DNA of 64,000 bases, taken from assembly GCA_965202985.1 (NCBI GenBank), contig CBDBCF010000001.1, positions 96,001 to 160,000 on the forward strand. The letters are read 5' to 3'. This document shows, in pieces, positions 57,250-64,000 of this stretch. Position 1 is the stretch's first letter. Each line of letters opens with the position of its first letter. Below the pieces are notes generated by a model. It was given only the letters and a program-made list of their open reading frames with translations, did not search any database and was not told the DNA's origin. Made by a program: the position numbers and the translations under genes. The stretch comes from Longimicrobiales bacterium (GTDB lineage Bacteria; Gemmatimonadota; Gemmatimonadetes; Longimicrobiales; Gaopeijiaceae).

Positions 57250-57774
57250 TCATGCAAGATCGGTGTCCGAAAGGCCTTCAATGCGGCCTTGTTGCCGCCC
57301 TGGGCAGACGGTTCGCGGCAGAACGCATTGCGCAAATCGTCGAGCCAACCGTTCAAGTCGGACATGCCGAGCATCTTCAACACGGCCGCGTCGAATTCGT
57401 GGTGCCCCCCCCCCCCCCCCCCCCGCACCCCGTACAAATACCGAAGCCCGCTCGCCGCCAGCTTTCTGGATCTCGGTACGGGCCCGTTCCAGAACTTCCT
57501 CGTTCGTGGTGTTCTCCCACTTGACCAGCTCTCCGATCAGCTTGAACAGCCGCTTTCGATCCGCGTCCTGGTCCTCATCGGTAGGAAGCAGCTCGGGCCA
57601 CGCTGAGGGATCGTCCACCATCTGGGCGAAGATGACGGCTCGTGCCGCCGCCAGCGGCCGCCTCGCCGACTTCTCGCGCCCCGCCGCCGCGTTGATTGCA
57701 TCCAGCGGAAGCGCAACCTCGATCAGCTTCCTGCGGGGACTCGACGGACTCACGCCCACGCCGCCCGATGCCAT
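57250..57774 (-). pseudogene. Second, broken DUF1156 5' end joined to unrelated sequence
   Basis: 57452-57735 is closely similar to 53033-53356 but lacks 39 bp (IRHGHPSTLHLWW); similarity ends before a G20 run. Confidence 0.85.
57405..57424. repeat. C20/G20 homopolymer
   Basis: 20 consecutive C counted on the + strand. Confidence 0.9.
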
Positions 57775-57886
57775 CGATTCGTGAGTTCCGCCATCCTCCG
57801 CCCCGGTTGGTGTTGGTTTCGCTTCGCCGATTCTACCGTATCTTCCCCTGCCCTCCTCGTCAAACCCCCCAACCAAGGCCTCGCCC

Positions 57887-60800
57887 GTGCGCCTTGAAGA
57901 CCTGACCCCCGGCGCCAAGGTGCACGGGGTGCTCCCGGACGGCGCAGCCACCGTCGTCGGCGTCAAGTGGTTCGGGTCCGAAGCGCTGGAGCTGGCCTAC
58001 AAGACGCCGGACGGCCGGATCGCCGACAAGCTGCTCTACCGGGACGACGAGGCGCGCCTGGAGGTCGTCGCGCAGGAGCGGCCATGGAGCTTCGACGGGG
58101 ACGGGGCGCTGTTCCGGCTGGTGTCGGAGGCGCTGCGGATTCGGCTGGCACACCTCTTCGATCCCATGCTGGCCGTCCACACGTCACGCGTCGAGCCGCT
58201 GCCGCACCAGATTACGGCGGTGTACGAGGCGATGCTGCCCCGGCAGCCGCTGCGCTTTCTGCTGGCGGACGATCCGGGGGCCGGGAAGACGATCATGGCG
58301 GGGCTGCTCATGCGGGAACTCGTTGCTCGGGGCGACCTGGAGCGTTGCCTGGTGGTGTGTCCGGGGGCGCTGGCGGAGCAGTGGCAGGACGAGCTGCGCG
58401 GCCGCTTCGACCTGCCGTTCGAGATCCTGACCAACGACAAGCTGGAGGCGGCGGGCACGGGCAACTGGTTCGCGGAGGCGGACCTGATCATCGCGCGCTT
58501 GGACAAGCTGTCGCGCAACGAGGACGTGCAGGAGATGCTCAAGGCGCCGGACTGCCGCTGGGACTTGGTGGTGTGCGACGAGGCCCACAAGATGTCGGCC
58601 ACGTACTTCGGCGGCGAAGTCAAGTACACCAAGCGCCACAAGCTGGGACAGCTGCTGTCCGGGCTGACGCGCCACTTCTTGCTCATGACCGCCACGCCCC
58701 ACAACGGCAAGGAGCAGGACTTCCAGCTCTTCATGTCGCTGCTGGACGGCGACCGCTTCGAGGGCCGGTTTCGGGACGGCGTGCACGTGACCGACGTGTC
58801 CGACATCATGCGTCGCGTCGTCAAGGAAGGGCTGCTCCGCTTCGACGGCACGCCCCTCTTCCCCGAGCGCAAGGCCCACACGGTGCCGTACAGGCTGTCC
58901 GACGCCGAGGCGCACCTGTACGCCGAGGTCACGCAGTACGTGCGCGAGGAGTTCAACCGCGCCGAGGCCCTCGAGAACGAACGGCGGGCGGGCAACGTCG
59001 GCTTCGCCCTTACGATCCTGCAACGGCGCTTGGCGTCGTCGCCCGCCGCGATCCACCACTCCCTGCGAAGACGACGGGAGCGCTTGGAGAGCCGGCTCCG
59101 GGAAGCCGAGTCCGCGCCCTCGACGCCCGCCTTCGACCTGTACGACGCCGAGGCCCTTGCCGACTTGGAGGACGCGCCCGAGATCGAGCGACAAGCCGCC
59201 GAGGCCGAACTGTCGAGCAGGGCGACGGCCGCCCGCACCATCCCCGAACTGAGGGCGGAGATCGCCACCCTGCGACGGCTGGAACGCTTGGCCACGGACG
59301 TGCTTCGGAGCGGCACGGACGCAAAGTGGCAGGAGCTGGCCGACGTGTTTCGGCAGGTCTTCACGTCGTCTGGCCTGCGGGGGCGGGTCATGGAGTCCCC
59401 CAAGCTCCCCTACGGCGCGGGCGAAATCCCGCCGCACACGCCTTCGGCCACGCAGAAGTTGGTGATCTTCACGGAGCACAGGGACACGCTGGACTACTTG
59501 GAGACGCGCATCGCGACGCTGCTGGGACGGCCGGGCAGCTTGGTCGTCGTCCACGGGGGCGTGAGGCGCGAAGACCGGCTGAAGGCGCAGGAGGCGTTTC
59601 GCCACGACCCCGAGACGCAAGTGCTCTTGGCCACCGACGCGGCGGGGGAAGGGGTGAACCTGCAGCGGGCGCACCTGATGGTGAACTACGACCTGCCCTG
59701 GAACCCCAACCGGATCGAGCAGCGCTTCGGGCGCATCCACCGAATCGGCCAGCGCCAGGTGTGCCACATCTGGAACCTCGTCGCCGCCGAAACCCGCGAG
59801 GGCGACGTGTACCGCCGGCTTCTCGAGAAGCTGGAACAGGCGCGGGAGGCCCTGGGCGGCAAGGTCTTCGACGTGCTGGGGAAGCTTCACTTCGAGGGCA
59901 GGCCGTTGCGCGACCTGCTGACGGAGGCGGTGCGCTACGGCGAGCAGCCGGAGGTGAAGGCCCGTCTCGACAGGGTCGTGGAGCACGCCCTGGACCGGGA
60001 CAGGCTTCGCGACCTGCTGGAGGACGAAGCCCTTGCCCACGGCGCGATCGACGCCCGGAAGCTGCACAAGGTGCGCGAAGAGATGGAGCGCGCCGAGGCC
60101 CGCCGGCTTCAACCGCACTACGTGGAGTCGTTCTTCGTCGAGGCGTTTGGGCGGCTGGGAGGCAAGGCGCGGCAACGGGAGCCTCGCCGCTATCAGGTCA
60201 CCCACGTGCCTGCCGCCGTGCGCGCTCGGGGTCGGTCAGCGGGCGTTCGGGAGCCGGTGCTGTCCCGCTACGAGCGCATTGCCTTCGACAAGGAGATGGA
60301 GCCGCCTGTCGGCCAGCCGCCGGCGGCGTTCGTGTGCCCCGGCCACCCTTTGCTCGACGCGGTCCTGGACTTGACGCTGGAGCGCCACCGCGAGCTGCTG
60401 AAGCGCGGGACGGTGCTCGTGGACGACCGCGACGCCGGCGTCGAGCCCAGGGTGCTCTTCTACCTGGAACACGCGGTGCAGGACGGCGGCACGACGCAGG
60501 GTGGGGCACGTCGGATCGTGTCCAAGACCGTGCTTCACCTGGAGATGGACGGGTCGGGCCGCATCTGGCACGTGGACTGCGCGCCCTACCTCGACTATCG
60601 CCCGCTGACCAGCGCCGAACCGGAGATCGCCGCCATTCTGGACCGCCCCGAATGCGGATGGGTCGGCGACGGACTGGAGGCGCGCATGGTGGAGTGGGCC
60701 GTGGCGCAGGCCGTGCCGCGGCACCTGGAGGAAGTGCGGGACTTTCGACATGCGCTGATCGACAAGACGCGGGCCGCCGTCAAGGGCCGCCTAACCAACG

Positions 60801-61465
60801 AGATCAACTACTGGGACCACCGGGCGCAGGAGCTCAAGGCTCGGGAGGAGGCGGGTCGGAGCGGCGCACGCTTGGCCTCCGGCGAGGCCGCCAGGCGGGC
60901 CGACGCCCTTCAGGTGCGGCTCCGAAAGCGGTTGGCGGCGCTGGAACTGGAACGGCAGATATCACCGTGTCCGCCTGTCGTGCTGGGCGGCGTGCTGGTC
61001 GTGCCGGCGGGACTGCTGCGGGAGATCGGCGGGCGGGCGGACGCGGAGGAGGCCGATGCCCCGGTCGCTCCCCCGGGGCCGCGCGACACGCAGGCGGCGG
61101 CCGCTCGGGCGCGGGGGGCCGTCATGGAAGTGGAGCGGCAGTTGGGCTTCGAGCCCGTGGACCGCGAGTTCGACAAGCTGGGCTACGACATCGAGAGTCG
61201 CGTGCCCGGCACTGGGCACCTGCGCTTCATCGAGGTGAAGGGGCGGGTCGCCGGGGCGCGCCACATTACCGTTACCCGCAACGAAATCCTCTACTCGCTC
61301 AACAAGCCCGACGACTACATCCTGGCCATCGTCGAGTTCTTGGACGACGGCGGGCGCCGCGTCCGCTACCTTCGTCGGCCCTTCCATCGCGAACCCGACT
61401 TCGGCGTCACGAGCGTCAACTACGACTTTGCCGATCTGCTGGCGCGGGCGGAGGACCCTTCGTAG
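57887..61465 (+). CDS. SNF2-family helicase with C-terminal DUF3883 (NOV_C, PD-(D/E)XK-like) domain
   Basis: [45 protein letters not shown]...FIEVKGR. Confidence 0.92.
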   Translation: MRLEDLTPGAKVHGVLPDGAATVVGVKWFGSEALELAYKTPDGRIADKLLYRDDEARLEVVAQERPWSFDGDGALFRLVSEALRIRLAHLFDPMLAVHTSRVEPLPHQITAVYEAMLPRQPLRFLLADDPGAGKTIMAGLLMRELVARGDLERCLVVCPGALAEQWQDELRGRFDLPFEILTNDKLEAAGTGNWFAEADLIIARLDKLSRNEDVQEMLKAPDCRWDLVVCDEAHKMSATYFGGEVKYTKRHKLGQLLSGLTRHFLLMTATPHNGKEQDFQLFMSLLDGDRFEGRFRDGVHVTDVSDIMRRVVKEGLLRFDGTPLFPERKAHTVPYRLSDAEAHLYAEVTQYVREEFNRAEALENERRAGNVGFALTILQRRLASSPAAIHHSLRRRRERLESRLREAESAPSTPAFDLYDAEALADLEDAPEIERQAAEAELSSRATAARTIPELRAEIATLRRLERLATDVLRSGTDAKWQELADVFRQVFTSSGLRGRVMESPKLPYGAGEIPPHTPSATQKLVIFTEHRDTLDYLETRIATLLGRPGSLVVVHGGVRREDRLKAQEAFRHDPETQVLLATDAAGEGVNLQRAHLMVNYDLPWNPNRIEQRFGRIHRIGQRQVCHIWNLVAAETREGDVYRRLLEKLEQAREALGGKVFDVLGKLHFEGRPLRDLLTEAVRYGEQPEVKARLDRVVEHALDRDRLRDLLEDEALAHGAIDARKLHKVREEMERAEARRLQPHYVESFFVEAFGRLGGKARQREPRRYQVTHVPAAVRARGRSAGVREPVLSRYERIAFDKEMEPPVGQPPAAFVCPGHPLLDAVLDLTLERHRELLKRGTVLVDDRDAGVEPRVLFYLEHAVQDGGTTQGGARRIVSKTVLHLEMDGSGRIWHVDCAPYLDYRPLTSAEPEIAAILDRPECGWVGDGLEARMVEWAVAQAVPRHLEEVRDFRHALIDKTRAAVKGRLTNEINYWDHRAQELKAREEAGRSGARLASGEAARRADALQVRLRKRLAALELERQISPCPPVVLGGVLVVPAGLLREIGGRADAEEADAPVAPPGPRDTQAAAARARGAVMEVERQLGFEPVDREFDKLGYDIESRVPGTGHLRFIEVKGRVAGARHITVTRNEILYSLNKPDDYILAIVEFLDDGGRRVRYLRRPFHREPDFGVTSVNYDFADLLARAEDPS

Positions 61466-63281
61466 CGACGGGATCGGCAAGCGCGAGGAAGTCCAGCGTC
61501 TGGTGGGGCGATTCCCGGTCCAGCGTGATCGTCCGCAGCGCGGCGGGGGGAGGCGCGGGGTCGTCGTCGGGATCGGCGTCGGGCGGGTACGCGGCCACCT
61601 CGAGCAGGGCGCCGGCGACCACCCAGCAGACGCTGTAGAAGCCGTCGTCGTTGGTCTTGGTCGTTCGTATCGACTGGTCTCTGGTGTTGAACTCGGCGCC
61701 CGTGTCGGCGCTGGGGACTCGGACGCGGACCGTCGCGTCGACCATGGGGTCGCCGTCGGGGTCGGTGACGCGGCCCATCAGCAGGCCGTCGGCCCAGTAC
61801 ATTCGGCTGCCGAAGACGACCGGGACCCGCGGCGGCTTCGAACGACCGCAAATGTCCTCCAGGATCGTTGCGACGCTGGGCGCGACGAACTCGATCTCCG
61901 CCGGCTTGGCCCGGTCGCGCTCAATCTCCACTTCCAGTCGGTCCAGCGGGTAGTGCGAATAGCTGTCCATGTACGGATGCGCGAAGCCGAACGAGTACCT
62001 GCCGGGCCGAAGGTGCGCGATCTCGAAGCGGCCGTCGGCGCCGGAATAGGCCTCCGTGCCCGTGCCTTCCCAGAACACGCGGGCGCCCGGCAGCGGCGCT
62101 CCCACGCTGTCGCGCACGATCCCGGCGACGCGCACGCCCGGGTCGGCTTCGAACACCACGCCGTCCGGCCCCAGCACGCGCAGCACGTCGCCTCCCTGCT
62201 CCGACACGCCGTCCAGCACGGCCACCAAGTCGCCCGTCCGGGGATGCTCCTCCGCGCCGGCGCGGAACATGCGGATGTTCCACGAGTCCACGATCCACGT
62301 GCCGTCCGGCAGAGCGCGAAAGCTGACCCGACCGCCTGGGCGGGCTGCCCTCAGGAAACGCGGCACGTTCAAGTTCTCGTAGTCGAACTCCAGCCGCCGC
62401 AGCGCCGCCGTGGCCGCGTCCAGCCACATCGTGCCGGCGATCTCGGGGGCCTTGCGGTCCGGCACCGGCTCGAAGGCCAGGCCGACCTGCCCCGGCTCGC
62501 CGCCCTTCACCTTGAAGCAGTGGGTGTCCAGGAACGGATCGGACAGGAACACGTCAGCGTCGGGCGCCCAGAAGAGCGCCTCTTCGGCAGTGATCCGCGC
62601 GAAGCCGTGGGCGGCCAGCGAGTCCGTGGGCCGCGCCGCGAACGGAGCGTCCAGAACGGCGCGCGCCCGGTGTTCGACCAGCACCTTGCGAGCGCGGTCG
62701 TCCAGGTCCCGGCGCACCGACAGCATGTCGTACTGGTAGACGCCCCGACGCTGGGTCCACGCCGCCGTCGCGAGCGCCTTGCGCGCCTCGTTCCAGACCC
62801 GGGCCACGGCCAACCCCTCGCTCGGACGCACTCGGCAACGCCGGCCCGCCTCCGCCTCGATCCCGGCCAGCACGACCGGCTCCACCGGCGCCGTCATGCG
62901 GATCACGAGCGTGTCGCCGACGGCCAGGCGGAAGTACTCGGAGTGCGTCGTGGCGTAGCCGATGCGCTCGGCCTGGACGCGGTATTCGCCGGGGCCGGGC
63001 GCTTGGAGCTCGAAGAGGCCGCTGGCGGTGCGGCTGAGCGCTTGGTCCAGGTCCCGACCATCGCGGTCCCGAAGCGTCATCATGGCGCTCGCGATCGCCC
63101 CGCCTTCGCCCGACTCCATCAAGCGACCGCGCACCACTTGGGCGGTCGCGGCCGCCCCGGGCCAAGCAACCGGCGTTGCGGTCGCAGCGACGAGCGACAG
63201 GGCGAGGGCTACGGACCGCGAGGCAAGCGCGGCAGACGAGCGGGCAAGCGCTGTGTTCAAGCGGGCGGGCGGGACCGCCAC
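61416..63281 (-). CDS. Secreted protein with carboxypeptidase-regulatory-like domains
   Basis: Signal peptide; repeated G.V.D..G.P..GA.V / G.F beta-sandwich motifs; FLDTHCF. Start approximate. Confidence 0.75.
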   Translation of the reverse strand: MAVPPARLNTALARSSAALASRSVALALSLVAATATPVAWPGAAATAQVVRGRLMESGEGGAIASAMMTLRDRDGRDLDQALSRTASGLFELQAPGPGEYRVQAERIGYATTHSEYFRLAVGDTLVIRMTAPVEPVVLAGIEAEAGRRCRVRPSEGLAVARVWNEARKALATAAWTQRRGVYQYDMLSVRRDLDDRARKVLVEHRARAVLDAPFAARPTDSLAAHGFARITAEEALFWAPDADVFLSDPFLDTHCFKVKGGEPGQVGLAFEPVPDRKAPEIAGTMWLDAATAALRRLEFDYENLNVPRFLRAARPGGRVSFRALPDGTWIVDSWNIRMFRAGAEEHPRTGDLVAVLDGVSEQGGDVLRVLGPDGVVFEADPGVRVAGIVRDSVGAPLPGARVFWEGTGTEAYSGADGRFEIAHLRPGRYSFGFAHPYMDSYSHYPLDRLEVEIERDRAKPAEIEFVAPSVATILEDICGRSKPPRVPVVFGSRMYWADGLLMGRVTDPDGDPMVDATVRVRVPSADTGAEFNTRDQSIRTTKTNDDGFYSVCWVVAGALLEVAAYPPDADPDDDPAPPPAALRTITLDRESPHQTLDFLALADPVATKGPPPAPADRQSRS

Positions 63282-63285
63282 GCTG

Positions 63286-63999
63286 CTATCCGCCCTGGTC
63301 GCGACGGCGAATCGTCCCCGTGCAGTCGTCCGCCGCCACCGTGAATCTGCGCACCACGCTTCGCAGGTCGCCCATGCCGCCCTCTCCGATCCGCTGGTCC
63401 AGCACGAAGAGCTGGTCTCCCTTGAACGCCGAGACAGGCCGCGCCGCATCCGAGGTGGGCACCAAGGTGTCCGGGCACTGCCGATCGCCACTGGCGTCCA
63501 GGCTGCTCACGTACAGCGTGCCGCTCAGCCGCCCGTCGTGCAACTCGGTGTCTTGATGCGACGTGAACACTTGCCCGCCGGACAGAGACACGTTCATCAG
63601 CGTGGAGGTCATGGCGAGCACCTCGTGGCGCGGCTTCCGGTCCGAATCCTTCATCGCTTGGACGAGTTCGTCCTCTTCCGGCACGCCGCGCCGCCTAGCC
63701 GCCAGAAGCGGGATCGTGTCCAGCAGCGTTCCGTCTCTCGCAACCCGCAGAAGGAACCCGCTGGCGCCGACGCCGACGATCGCGTCGTCCTCCCCGACGG
63801 CGAGTCGGACCAGAGCGCCCATGTTGCGGACGCCTTCGCTCTCGCGGTAGGCCCGGGGCACATCCACGCGGTCCAAGGAGATGCTGCGGCGGCGAGCCCT
63901 CCCGTCCCCGCGTCCGGTCAGGCGGCTTGTTCGCACGACGCCCAGCAGCTTCCACTCCTCCGTATCGATGCCGCCGACCCAGAGGCGTCCTCGGTGTTG
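63286..63999 (-). CDS. Beta-propeller-like hypothetical protein, C-terminal part (5' end outside window)
   Basis: Frame is open to the window end (QHRGRLWVGGIDTEEWKLLGVVR...); beta-rich sequence. Confidence 0.55.
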   Translation of the reverse strand, partial: QHRGRLWVGGIDTEEWKLLGVVRTSRLTGRGDGRARRRSISLDRVDVPRAYRESEGVRNMGALVRLAVGEDDAIVGVGASGFLLRVARDGTLLDTIPLLAARRRGVPEEDELVQAMKDSDRKPRHEVLAMTSTLMNVSLSGGQVFTSHQDTELHDGRLSGTLYVSSLDASGDRQCPDTLVPTSDAARPVSAFKGDQLFVLDQRIGEGGMGDLRSVVRRFTVAADDCTGTIRRRDQGG

Positions 64000-64000
64000 C

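Noticed and set aside
1..64000. CRISPR array, tRNA, rRNA, integrase or IS transposase
   Set aside because: No regularly spaced repeats or recognisable RNA genes or recombinase motifs seen by eye; a covariance search was not possible.

Overview
High-GC bacterial chromosomal DNA. Gene content (VPS10/BNR hydrolase, S9 peptidase, carboxypeptidase-regulatory-like and propeller proteins) suggests Gemmatimonadota, by inference only. 1-41.5 kb is mostly metabolism and transport: FNR, a DtxR-FeoA/FeoB operon with its own palindromic operator, threonine aldolase, permeases, a TRAP transporter, a CoA-transferase/enoyl-CoA hydratase pair and an FAD/Fe-S oxidoreductase. It is interrupted by small accessory inserts: a collapsed PLD-helicase/methyltransferase remnant, an AlbA-ATPase + ParA pair, and an Rpn nuclease. 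41.6-61.5 kb is a defence island: a Menshen-like triad, then a DUF499/DUF1156/SNF2 (BREX-related) system carrying GmrSD, a nested ABC-ATPase + PIN pair and a solo HicB, with duplicated gene-end scars. Best signals not visible in the ORF track: (1) an OsmC gene with an in-frame UGA at the catalytic Cys and a SECIS-like hairpin (probable selenoprotein), coupled to a CoA-dependent catabolic operon; (2) a 41-bp AT-rich palindromic element present twice, inverted and 20 kb apart, once in frame inside a CDS; (3) an internal SD-ATG for an intragenic Rpn antitoxin plus a 7-bp flanking repeat; (4) cassette-exchange scars in the DUF499 system. All family calls come from motif recognition by eye; no searches were run.
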